From: Actinomycetes bacterium
GTDB lineage: Bacteria > Actinomycetota > Actinomycetes > Actinomycetales > Cellulomonadaceae
NCBI GenBank assembly: GCA_023412515.1
Contig: JAEYNO010000149.1
Coordinates: 1-38,864 of the forward strand
Length of the DNA: 38,864 nt
Direction of reading: 5' to 3'
Translations under genes and position numbers: made by a program
Notes under the pieces: generated by a model
Databases searched by the model: none
Told to the model about the DNA's origin: nothing
The model's input: only the letters and a program-made list of their open reading frames with translations
In this document: in pieces, positions 10,501-18,097 of the stretch
How the letters are laid out: each line of letters begins with the position of its first letter
Numbering within the stretch: position 1 is the stretch's first letter

Positions 10501-11516
10501 TCACGGCCCCCGACGAGGTCATCCCCGCCGGTGCGACGTGCGCGCTGACCGAGACCGACAGCCGCGGCGCCGACCGCGTGCTGCTCGTCGGGGACGGCGT
10601 CGTGCCGACCGGGCCGGGTACGGCCGACGTGACCGTGGGCGCCGACGGCGCGCAGGTCGAGGTCGTCAACGGGTTCGACGCGGGCGTGCTCGAGGTCCGC
10701 AAGGTCGTCGACGGCGCCGGTGCGGGCACGTGGGGCGCGGGTGCGTCCTTCGGGTTCTCCGCGGTCTGCACGTACAACGCCCGCACGGTGCTCGACGAGT
10801 CGTTCGACCTGCTCGCGGGTGGGCTGCGGACCTTCGGGCCGTTCCCGGTGGGCACGTCGTGCCGCGTGCTGGAGACGGCCGCGGGCGGCGCCACGAGCTC
10901 GGTGCTCGCACCGGCCGACGGCGTCGTGACCGTCGAGCCCGCGTCCGACGAGGGCGAGGTCCCGGCGGCCGTGGTGACGGCGACCAACACGTTCGACGTC
11001 ACGTCGGTCGAGGTCGTCAAGCAGGTCGCGGGCGCCACGACGGCGCCGGGCGCGGCCGGGCCGTTCACGGTCGAGCTGGTCTGCACGTGGCCGGTCGACG
11101 GCCAGGACGTGCCGCTCGACGTGCCCGGTGGTGCGCAGCGCACGCTGCGGGCGCCGACCGCGCTGACCGCGTCGTGGACGGGCCTGCCCGTCGGCGTGGA
11201 CTGCACGGTCACCGAGACGGAGACGGGCGGGGCCGCGCAGGTGGCCGCGACCGTGCGCGTCGAGGGTCGCGAGCCCGTGACGTCGACGGGGGCCCGCGTG
11301 CCCGTCGTCGGGCTGGCCGGGACCACGGAGCCGGGGCAGGCCGTGGTCGAGCTGGTCAACACGTTCGACGCGCCGCCGACCGACGGCGGGACGACCGCCG
11401 CGGACCGTGACCCGCTCGCGCTGACCGGTGCGGACGTGCTGCGCGCCGGCCTGGGGGCCCTGCTGCTGCTGGCAGCCGGTGGCCTGCTCGTCGCCCTGCG
11501 GAGGCGACGGGCCTGA
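4557..11516 (+). CDS. Giant cell-wall-anchored surface protein with ~13 Ig-like domains (DUF11/DUF5979-like), signal peptide and LALTG sorting signal
   Basis: GGAGG RBS at 4544-4548; signal peptide ending AAAA-D; repeated K-start/N-end domains; C-terminal LALTG, hydrophobic helix, RRRRA. Confidence 0.88.
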   Translation: MPTQSRGRAFPRRLMSFVAAALAALLALPVLTAPAAAADPQYLGITKSVDRGELAPGDTYTYSVQVACSEASCLDAVLTDALGDHAGHELLDVELLPSTPGLTFVPTWTSGGTTSATAPAVVAADTQLDVAFTQPTVSPTGEGIQAGQTFSVQLTLRVPTDLPPGTTTTHVNTATVTATNSAPATASAQVEVTVPVTVAVTPAKSWTPAQQAFAAGAPSTITVGATNAANVPADALVLQEPAVAPEGAATLDAANPFTLVDLVSLSGVQVPTGCTAVRVDAYVQRAGTWTWVAGDGGLVLPGGVDADAVGGLRVTCDGPVAVGDTLSLDLGVAQRATHRTTGADLSVTTSTLTNTVAATVEVDGQDPVSATATAPYRVDPARLGTEVVKDFAPARVSAGEPSVLSLVASQTSDVPVRELRVSDLDFFGTDPAFGGFDGAPSWPTGATGASVVYHLSDGSTPSVTFAAGDVPAAPALGSGVHVTGFELVFTGEIAPAAEPARARVTVLTAETATGPVRQLDNTATVRVEAPNGNTAQDTDDARLTVVPASIEVGLAKTVRPNAQLRPGDTAVTELRTTLAVSSSYVTARDLVVTDAWDGAARGFWDGFDLTAIAPTQVPSGTSVEVRLQTSVGTWVTVRNEPARAETWLLQLDAAELAAGLPGGVALSDVTGVELRLHDADGFEENTTVTPYLVTTARGTLRSGGALPEGTTTLRNAATVVGSGTTGGGTPVSDGDDADDDAAVTPPPPGTGPVEVRKTWTQPTVAAQSGQQRTTRVAWRTAAGASSVTLTDPAAATDPAAADPAGTLLDAFDLVRVQPIAYSATPFTNGWYLKYDRVTDVRLLLPDGAGGRSWQSVTAPAGGWTNGGGFVGYTLTAQQRADAWGVQLVLEENGPARAAARQPGAALDPFAPAVGTGVAASSIDRTLDLQWQIREVRRTGGWVTDKETYNAGAAGVVRNTVGIAAQRTDGVVTAQERADITITGSTPLVRVDKTVSTGDVAYVPRPGVVPADQWPTRTFSLTAWNDAVARASYLRITDPACSDVDVQGTACALADPTADPFAASVDWLAPGSGESPFDRFDLTAVRFSATRPAEVDLAASTAWLLRYADGDYTSERTTVAALLAMTPAQLADVVALSATFQGTDPAVTGGTITQGNRLRLDLDTRLRTEVRSTGQAQTLRAGESVTVENHMYAQSYDPVLDPAGATLAAGTDGVDVRLTGGEINVGVAKTISPAVVTEPTRAEPLTVRLTATNGTAPAGTLAPAQVRLQDDATTSPEFWDRFDLVGLGAVTLPAGADQVQVDVHGPFGPGGADAWVTGTPGATPTLPVAAERAGDVDGVRFVLSRADGAFFSDAVPAPGWSTTAQLQVRLRDVTRTGGDPIVLDADHHEVTNTVVGQADRLNGEASQERASAAAVDLFEGTHRLAVDKLANEGNRTVQVGTAVPWDLSFRNAGSGYLDVAELRDTLPEHLVWTGETAPVVTVPAGSAMGDQVTVSVDGDDLVLAWPQDARRLAPGERVDVRLVLELQPGLTVGDRAVNTMAVRTAQTLEACTPLDGSRPVTGAWADDATTCGSADHVSPRAGSNLFAVKGVRGSQPGAATADGEECTTRLTATGGDYHRTPCIARSLAGAQDDWVLRAQNAGTTSVDELTIFDPLAATGDRMIITGGERGSVYRPQVVPGSLQVTAPAGAVVVTEVTTTADVCAGTWAGLQDQAVCEQSGEAWSVADDATDWSAVTGLRVHVDLRPSAAGALLSGQFVDVTFSTVNVLAGDDVVDGVPAGAAADAVVAWNQFGVKYHDVGAPTWSKIAPPKMGVEVLTGPIEVRKVVEGPAGGYAPASFGADVVCTLDGVALDLGAAATLTLDEGNGWTARVDGVPVGARCDVTETGEPGSHGETTRSGTVRLEVDAPAGADGAVPTAQVATLTNTYAFGGLSVTKRVDSTATAGLEGPFTFALTCTAAGTGAPVTFDGADALTFTLADGETFTAPDEVIPAGATCALTETDSRGADRVLLVGDGVVPTGPGTADVTVGADGAQVEVVNGFDAGVLEVRKVVDGAGAGTWGAGASFGFSAVCTYNARTVLDESFDLLAGGLRTFGPFPVGTSCRVLETAAGGATSSVLAPADGVVTVEPASDEGEVPAAVVTATNTFDVTSVEVVKQVAGATTAPGAAGPFTVELVCTWPVDGQDVPLDVPGGAQRTLRAPTALTASWTGLPVGVDCTVTETETGGAAQVAATVRVEGREPVTSTGARVPVVGLAGTTEPGQAVVELVNTFDAPPTDGGTTAADRDPLALTGADVLRAGLGALLLLAAGGLLVALRRRRA

Positions 11517-11520
11517 GGAC

Positions 11521-11602
11521 CGGTGGCGGCCGGCATCCCCCCCGACGCCGGCCGCCACCGCTGCACGACGCCGTCCGGGTGATCTCACCCGGACGGCGTC
11601 GT
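11521..11602 (+). terminator. Two consecutive strong hairpins after the surface-protein gene
   Basis: 14-bp arms 11521-11534/11547-11560 and perfect 18-bp arms 11565-11582/11585-11602. Confidence 0.7.
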
Positions 11603-11636
11603 CGTCGTGCCCCGGCGGGGGTGCAGGATGACGCCC

Positions 11637-12308
11637 ATGCGTAGCGACATCTTCGACCGGACGAACCTCGAGGTCGAGAACGGACAGCGGTTCTTCCTGC
11701 AGAACTCCAAGATGCTCAAGGTGACCCTCGGCGAGCCCGTGCTCGCCGCGAAGGGCTCGATGGTCGCCTACCAGGGGGCCGTGCAGTTCCACCACAAGGG
11801 CTCGGACACGCTGGCGAAGTTCGTCAAGCGTGCGATCAGCTCCGACGACCAGGCGCTCATGACCGTCTCCGGCCAGGGCGACGTGTTCTTCGCGCGGTTC
11901 GCCGAGACGGTGTTCATCATCCACCTCGAGGGCGACGCGATCAGCGTCGGCGGCTCGTCGCTGCTCGCGTTCGACGCGACCCTGCAGTGGGACCTGCACC
12001 GCACGCGCGGCGCCGGCATGATGACCGGCGGCCTGTTCAACACCCTCATCCAGGGCCACGGGTCCGTCGCGCTGACGTCCGACGGCCAGCCCGTCATCCT
12101 CGACTGCTCGCAGCAGCCCACGTTCGTCGACCCCAACGCCGCCGTGTGCTGGTCGGCGAACCTCGTGCCCGAGGTCGTGTCGAGCATGAACATGAGCTCG
12201 CTGCTGCGCGGCGGCACGGGCGAGGCGTTCCAGTACAAGTTCCACGGCCCGGGGTTCGTGGTCGTGCAGCCGTCCGAGGGGTTCGCGGGGCTGGGGCAGA
12301 CGAGTTGA
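11637..12308 (+). CDS. AIM24 family protein
   Basis: KGSMVAYQG, SLLAFD, GGLFN, GGTGEAFQYKFHGPGFVVVQPSE motifs; likely leaderless start at 11637. Confidence 0.92.
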   Translation: MRSDIFDRTNLEVENGQRFFLQNSKMLKVTLGEPVLAAKGSMVAYQGAVQFHHKGSDTLAKFVKRAISSDDQALMTVSGQGDVFFARFAETVFIIHLEGDAISVGGSSLLAFDATLQWDLHRTRGAGMMTGGLFNTLIQGHGSVALTSDGQPVILDCSQQPTFVDPNAAVCWSANLVPEVVSSMNMSSLLRGGTGEAFQYKFHGPGFVVVQPSEGFAGLGQTS

Positions 12309-12371
12309 CCGTCGTGGCGTGGGCGTCTCCTCATCGCCGCCGTGGCCTGCGTCGGTTGCGCACTTGCCCCG

Positions 12372-12395
12372 GGGTGGGCGGCGGACCGCCCACCC
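12372..12395 (+). terminator. Hairpin downstream of AIM24
   Basis: GGGTGGGCGG-cgga-CCGCCCACCC perfect 10-bp stem. Confidence 0.5.
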
Positions 12396-12531
12396 GCGTC
12401 CCCCGGTGGTGAGAGCACGGCTGTCGTGAATGCACTCGCGAGCGTGCAGCTGCCCGCACGAGTGCCCGCCTGCAAGAACACGCCTGTCGGCGACACAACC
12501 TAGGAGACGACAAGCCAAGGAGGTGCAACCC

Positions 12532-12918
12532 GTGAGGCTCGCCGACTTCGGAAGACATCGGTCACTGCTCGTGGCAGCTTCGGTCGTCGCGCTTGCCTGC
12601 GCCAGTTGCGACGGCGGTTCCCGCGTCGCCACGCCGTCGTTCTCGCCCGAGGTTCCCACCCAGATCGTCCAAGCGAAGACTTGCCGGGACGCCATCGACG
12701 CCCTCAAGGGGATCGAGATCACTCCCGCTCTGGCGCGCGACAGCCTCGTCGTGTGCGGGACATCGGAAGACTGGATCAGAGAAGCCTTGGGGGTGGTCTC
12801 TGACGACCGGAACTCCTTGCAAGAGTTGTTGGGTTCGTTGTGCGAGGGCAGGGTCTCGCGAGGCGACACGCCGGTGTGCGAGACCCTGCCTTCACTGCCT
12901 GCAAGTCCTACGGGGTGA
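12532..12918 (+). CDS. Small putative lipoprotein, Cys-rich
   Basis: AAGGAGG RBS before GTG 12532; hydrophobic stretch with lipobox-like LACASC; four further Cys; atypical codon usage. Confidence 0.55.
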   Translation: MRLADFGRHRSLLVAASVVALACASCDGGSRVATPSFSPEVPTQIVQAKTCRDAIDALKGIEITPALARDSLVVCGTSEDWIREALGVVSDDRNSLQELLGSLCEGRVSRGDTPVCETLPSLPASPTG

Positions 12919-14017
12919 GGATCGAGTAGCCGTTCGCGTTGAGGTACGGCACGACGGGCTGCAGGAACACCGTCTTGCTGCACACCCTGCCGTCGACTCC
13001 CGGGTCGCCGCTGCAGTTGGTGGTAGGGGCGTCCATCCCACTGATGATCCCAGCCGCGAGGACCTGACCCGAGGACGTCAGCGCGAACGCCGGGCCACCA
13101 GAGTCGCCGTTACCGACGGCGGGGATGTCGTAGATCTGAACGGTCCTCACGAGGCCGGCGTACGTTCCGGAGTCGTTGTATCTCACCGCCACCCCAGTGT
13201 GCGTGACTCGGTTGTTGTAGATCGACCCGGATCGAGCGCCCGAGTAGTGCACGTAGGTGTCGAGGATGGGATTCCATGACCCAGAGACCGCAACGAAAGA
13301 GTTCGACGTGTTCGGGCCATAGTACATGTACGGGGCGTAGTCCTTCCCGGTGATTGTCGTGATGTCCGGAATCAATTCCGGCGCGGGCAGGATACCCGGA
13401 TGGTTTCCGATCTCCAGAGCGTTCGAGTACTGGTTACTTGTTCGCCACGTCGCTCCACCTCCGCCGCGTGCGCAGTGGTCGGCCGTGAGAAGGCTCTCCA
13501 CGCCGAGCTTCACGACAGCAAATGCTGTCGTGCAAATTGAGATGTAATTCGCCTGAGCTGCGTCGCGGTTCATGTCTGCGCCGGCGATGAACGGGGGGAA
13601 GTCGTAGTCGCGCGAGGCGACGACCGCATGGCCCGTCACCTCGGTGGAGACGGGGATGCCGTCGAAGGTCATCGCGGGCATCGCGCGCGGGGCCTTGGGT
13701 GCCGACACCAGTCCGACGTCGATGCCAGACCCGTCGGGCTTCGGTGCGGCCCACGAAACCTCCGCCCCGCTAAACTTGCCGGATTTGACGATCTCGAGTG
13801 CTGCCGACTCGAGTCTCTCTGGCGCGTAGTCCGCGTGCTCGACTCGCACGGAGCTGCTGATTTGGGGTTGCACGTCGCGAAGTGCGGCGTCGACGTCGAT
13901 GTCGGCACCGGGGGCGACCGAGACAACCACCTCGTTTGCTGCGTCGTCCCACCGCAGTTTTGCCGACGAATACCCCTCAAGAACCGCCGAGGTGCGGAGC
14001 GCTGACTCTGGTATGAC
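12908..14017 (-). pseudogene. S1 (trypsin/chymotrypsin-like) serine protease with pro-region, 5' end removed by ISL3
   Basis: LTADHC (His), PDIT (Asp), GNGDSGGP (Ser); frame runs into the IS end at 14018; no signal peptide left. Confidence 0.85.
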
Positions 14018-15477
14018 GGCTCTTCGCCGATCCGGTGGGGTGAGGGGTCCGGCGTGGTGAGCGGGGGGTAGGGGTCGAGGTCCCCGAGGATCAGAAGCGA
14101 CCAAGCTGTCTGATTGATCTCGAGGACCTCGACGTGTCTCACGCTACGGGGCGCGCGGTCGCGCCCGCCATCACCGATCCGTGCTCGCGCTGTGATCTGC
14201 TTCTCGGCCTGGACGGGCTCCACGTCGAGGCCGTCGAACGGGACGGGGGCGTGGTCAGGGTGACGGTCTCGACGTCCTGGGCGCTGATGGGGTGCCCGGA
14301 CTGCGGGGTCGTGGCCCCGAGCCGTGGTCGTCGTCGTCGGGTGCTGCATGACGTGCCGCACGGGGACACTGCCGTGCAGATCGTGTGGCGTCAGCGCCGG
14401 TGGCGTTGCCCGGACCCCGGCTGCGCACGCGGCACGTTCTGCGAGCAGGTCCCGGCCCTGGTGCCCGCGCGTGGGTCGTTGACCTGCCGGGCGGTGACCT
14501 GGGCGGTCGGACAGCTACGCACCCAGCACGCCACGATCGCCGGCCTGGCCCGCCGGCTCGGCGTCGGGTGGTGGACGTTGTGGCGAGCGATCAAGCCGCA
14601 GCTGGAGCGACTGGCCGGGGATCCGGCCAGGTTCACCGGGGTGACCTCGCTGGGCGTCGATGAGCACATCTGGCACCACGCCGACACCCGTGCGCGCGGC
14701 CCCAAGGAGCTGACCGGGATGGTCGACCTGGCCCGCGACGACGACGGACACGTCCGCGCCCGGCTGCTGGACCTGGTCGCGGGCCGCTCGAAGAAGACCT
14801 ACGCCGACTGGCTGGTCGAACGCGGGCCGGAGTTCCGCGCCGGGATCCAGATCGCCGCACTGGACCCCTACGGTGGCTACAAGTCCGCGATCGACGACGA
14901 GCTCGCCGAGGCCACCGCCGTGCTGGACGCGTTCCACGTCATCAAGCTCGGGACCCAGGTCGTCGACGAGGTCCGCCGACGCGTCCAGCAGGACACGACC
15001 GGGCACCGCGGCCGCAAGGGCGACCCGCTGTTCGGCATCCAACGGCTCCTGCGCGCAGGTGCGGAGAACCTCACCGACCGTCAGCTCGAACGCCTGGCCA
15101 CCGCGATCGAAGCCGACCAGGCCCACGAGGAGGTCTACGTCGCCTGGCGCTGCGCCCAGGACCTCCGCGCGGCCTACCGCGCCAAGGACACCGCCCGCGG
15201 CCGCGACCGTGCCGCCAAGATCCTGGAGTCCTTCCACACCTGCCCGATCCCCGAAGTCGCGCGCCTGGGCCGGACGCTGCGCCGCTGGCGCCAGGCGTTC
15301 CTGGCCCACTTCACCACCGACCGAGCGAACAACGGCGGCACCGAGGCCATCAACGGCATCATCGAACTCCACCGGCGCCTGGCACGCGGCTACCGCAACT
15401 TCGAGAACTACCGACTCCGCATGCTCCTGGCCGCCGGCGGCCTGACCCTCTGATCCCCACCGAATCGGCGAAGAGCC
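14018..15477 (+). mobile_element. ISL3-family insertion sequence, 1,460 bp
   Basis: 23-bp terminal inverted repeats GGCTCTTCGCCGAT(C/T)CGGTGGGG (22/23 match) flanking the transposase; no target-site duplication visible. Confidence 0.95.
14134..15453 (+). CDS. ISL3 family transposase
   Basis: Zn finger CPDC...CPDPGC; GVDEH, ALDP, VLDAFHV, TEAING motifs; uninterrupted 439 aa. Confidence 0.95.
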   Translation: MSHATGRAVAPAITDPCSRCDLLLGLDGLHVEAVERDGGVVRVTVSTSWALMGCPDCGVVAPSRGRRRRVLHDVPHGDTAVQIVWRQRRWRCPDPGCARGTFCEQVPALVPARGSLTCRAVTWAVGQLRTQHATIAGLARRLGVGWWTLWRAIKPQLERLAGDPARFTGVTSLGVDEHIWHHADTRARGPKELTGMVDLARDDDGHVRARLLDLVAGRSKKTYADWLVERGPEFRAGIQIAALDPYGGYKSAIDDELAEATAVLDAFHVIKLGTQVVDEVRRRVQQDTTGHRGRKGDPLFGIQRLLRAGAENLTDRQLERLATAIEADQAHEEVYVAWRCAQDLRAAYRAKDTARGRDRAAKILESFHTCPIPEVARLGRTLRRWRQAFLAHFTTDRANNGGTEAINGIIELHRRLARGYRNFENYRLRMLLAAGGLTL

Positions 15478-15790
15478 GGATGTTGGGGGGCGGGTCGTCG
15501 GTTCCAGAATCACCGTCACGTTGTGGAGGGCATCATCTTCGGGTGGCGGACCGGCGTGACGGGAGTGGCCAACGAAGCCCGGACGGTAGCGGACGACGTG
15601 GAAGAGGCGCGCTGGTTCAGCTCGGACGAGGCCTGGGGCAACGCCTTGCCCGCTCTGCGGGCGCGACCGACGCCGTCCTGAAGATCGACCGGACAGTGTC
15701 GACCGATTCCACGAGCGGCCGGGCGCATCAGCACGTCGCGCCCCGGCCCTGCACCACGCGAGGGCCCGCGAACCACGAGAATCCGCAATT
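15478..15790 (+). pseudogene. Decayed IS5-family transposase N-terminal fragment
   Basis: Across frameshifts: GRRFQNHRHVVEGIIFGWRTG / TTWKR / RWFSSDEAW / IDRTVSTDSTSGRAHQHVA, matching the actinobacterial IS5 pattern R..VEGI.WR.RTG...TVWKR...SVDST..RAHQHAA. Confidence 0.7.
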
Positions 15791-15870
15791 CGAGCTGGCT
15801 GAGGTTCCCTCCCTGATGTTCGTGCAACAGCCGGGCGCGTGGTGGTCGTAGACGGCGGCACGGGCAGCGC

Positions 15871-16020
15871 GTGATTCTTCGGGTGAAGCTCTCACAGAAC
15901 TCTCGATCGGAGCATCACGATGACGAGAGCTCGCATCGTCGAGCCTTGGGCAGTGCTGCGAGAGGTCCTGGCGGACGCGGCACCGGACCCGATGCGACGC
16001 CTGCTGGGCACGGTGGCCAA
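15871..16020 (+). pseudogene. Decayed IS256-family transposase 5' fragment
   Basis: ATG 15920 gives MTRARIVEPWAVLREVLADAAPDPMRRLLGTV, resembling the IS256 N-terminus MTAPHIVDPAGLL..ALAEASPDLMR.LL.T (from recall). Confidence 0.55.
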
Positions 16021-16096
16021 GTACGGTCGTGCGCTTTGGGGGGTCAGGTCGCGCACCGTCGACTGGAGGATGCCCGACCGCCCGGCCGTGACGTCC

Positions 16097-17026
16097 CTAC
16101 ACTCCCCACGGCCCTCGCGCGTCGGTGGGTGCGGCGCGGCGCGGCGGGACGGCGAACCGGTCGCCGTCGTGGGCCACGTGCACGGTCGTCGTCGCGCCCG
16201 CGGCATGGACCGCCGCCTCGGCCTGGACGCGCATCGGCTCGAGGTCGGGGTAGCGCGAGGAGAAGTGGGCGAGGACGAGCGTGCGCACGCCGCCGGCCGC
16301 GGCCAGCGCACCCGCCTGCCCGGCGGTGAGGTGCAGGTACTGCTCGGCCAGGGCGGCGTCCTCGTCGGTGAACGTGGACTCCGCGAGCAGCAGGTCGGCG
16401 CCGTCGGCCAGCGCCGCCGCGCCGTCGCACACCGCGGTGTCCATGACGACGGAGACGCGCTGCCCCGGGCGCGGCGCGCTCACGTCCTCCAGCCGCACGT
16501 CGCCGACGTGGCCGTCGCGCGTCAGACGGCCGACGTCCGGGCCCGTGACGCCCGCGGCGGCGAGCCGCTCGGGCAGGAACGTGCGCCCGTCGGGCTCGGT
16601 CAGTCGGTAGCCGTACGCCTCGATGCGGTGCCGCAGCTCGACGACCTCCAGGCCATCCGCGACCGGGCCCGACGCGCCGTGCGGGTGCAGCCGCAGGTCG
16701 AGCCCCGGGGTCGCGAGGCCGACGAGCGCGCGGACCACGGGCTCGCCCGAGGCCGGGTAGTGCAGGTGCACGGGGTGCTGCACGCCGTCGAGCACCAGGC
16801 GGGACAGCACGCCTGGCAGGCCGTAGGAGTGGTCGCCGTGCACGTGCGTGAGGCAGATGCGCGTGATGCCGCTCGCGGCGACGCCCGCGTGGATGAGCTG
16901 GCGCTGCGTGCCCTCGCCCGGGTCGAACAGCAGGCCCTCGCCGTCCCAGCGCAGCAGGTAGCCGTTGTGGTTGCGGGTCCGGGTGGGCACGTGCGACGAC
17001 GTGCCGAGGACGACGAGCTCGCGCAC
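16097..17026 (-). CDS. rnz: Ribonuclease Z
   Basis: LGTSSHVPT.TRNHNG, DPGEGTQRQ, THVHGDH, DT, ESTF, HLTA, LAHFSSRY motifs; AGGAG RBS. Confidence 0.95.
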   Translation of the reverse strand: MRELVVLGTSSHVPTRTRNHNGYLLRWDGEGLLFDPGEGTQRQLIHAGVAASGITRICLTHVHGDHSYGLPGVLSRLVLDGVQHPVHLHYPASGEPVVRALVGLATPGLDLRLHPHGASGPVADGLEVVELRHRIEAYGYRLTEPDGRTFLPERLAAAGVTGPDVGRLTRDGHVGDVRLEDVSAPRPGQRVSVVMDTAVCDGAAALADGADLLLAESTFTDEDAALAEQYLHLTAGQAGALAAAGGVRTLVLAHFSSRYPDLEPMRVQAEAAVHAAGATTTVHVAHDGDRFAVPPRRAAPTDARGPWGV

Positions 17027-17235
17027 GGGGTCTCCTGTCGGGTGGGGCGGGGTGCGTGCCGGGCGGGGTGCGCGCCGGCGGGGCCGGGGTGCGGCGCCAC
17101 CCTAGGAGGTGCTGTGCGCGGGCGGCACGGTGAAAGCGGCGCCGGTGGGGTGTCACAGCGGGCGGTGCGGCGTGGGTCGGACGTCACGCGTGCGGGGGCT
17201 GGCCTGCGGGTTCGCGTGTCGGTACGTTCGCGACC

Positions 17236-18048
17236 GTGCGTCTGAACCGGCCGTCGGCCCGTCCCGCCCTGCTCGCCGTCGCCGCGGTCGCGGCCCTCGC
17301 CGCGTGCTCGTCCGGCACGTCGCCCGCGCCGGGTGCGTCGCCCAGCACGTCGGCGCCGACGGTCGTCGCGTCCCCGTCGCCCACCGCGTCCGCGACGCCC
17401 GACGTGCCGGTGGTCGCGGCGCCCGCCGAGTGCGACGCGGTCTCGCTCGCGCCGGGTGCGACGGTGACGGGTGCGGACCTGTCCGCGTGCGTCATCGGGT
17501 TCTCGCTGGCCGCGGGCAGCGGCCACGAGCACGTGCAGTCCGGCGACTCCACCGCCGAGGTCGACTTCGTGTTCTCCGACGCACCCGCCATGACCGGCAC
17601 GATGGTCGACGCCGACGGCACCACGTCGTTCGTGCTCACGCAGGACCGGTCGTGGATCACGATCGACGGACGCTGGGTCGAGGGCGACGTCACCAGCAGC
17701 GACTCCGAGAAGGTGCTCGCAGGCACGGTCGGCACCGCGTACCGCACGCTCGCCGACCCGTCCGTCAGCGCCGGCATGATCGCGATGTCGCCCACGTACA
17801 CGGTGCAGCCCGACCAGGACGTCATCGACCTCGTCAACGGTGGCGAGGTGCACGCGTGGCGCCTGCAGTCCGACGCACCGTTCAGCATGGCCGGCGTCGA
17901 CATGCAGGAGCTCATCGTGTGGCTCGCCGACGGGCACGTGGTCGTCGGGACGCAGGGCACCGGGACATTCGGGGGCGTGCAGACGACGACCGTGCAGCAG
18001 TTCACCGACTGGGGCGTGCCCGTGGTGGTCGAGCAGCCGGTGGGGTGA
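17236..18048 (+). CDS. Putative lipoprotein (beta-rich, possibly LolA/LppX-like fold)
   Basis: Lipobox LAAC, S/P/T linker, C-terminal QQFTDWGVPVVVEQP. Confidence 0.75.
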   Translation: MRLNRPSARPALLAVAAVAALAACSSGTSPAPGASPSTSAPTVVASPSPTASATPDVPVVAAPAECDAVSLAPGATVTGADLSACVIGFSLAAGSGHEHVQSGDSTAEVDFVFSDAPAMTGTMVDADGTTSFVLTQDRSWITIDGRWVEGDVTSSDSEKVLAGTVGTAYRTLADPSVSAGMIAMSPTYTVQPDQDVIDLVNGGEVHAWRLQSDAPFSMAGVDMQELIVWLADGHVVVGTQGTGTFGGVQTTTVQQFTDWGVPVVVEQPVG

Positions 18049-18097
18049 GGTGGGCCCCGCTTGAACCATGCTGCCCCACGGCACTGGTTGGCCTTGC

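Noticed and set aside
3576..12983. 3,135-aa minus-strand ORF
   Set aside because: Antisense shadow of three GC-rich plus-strand genes; Arg/Gly-rich with no motifs
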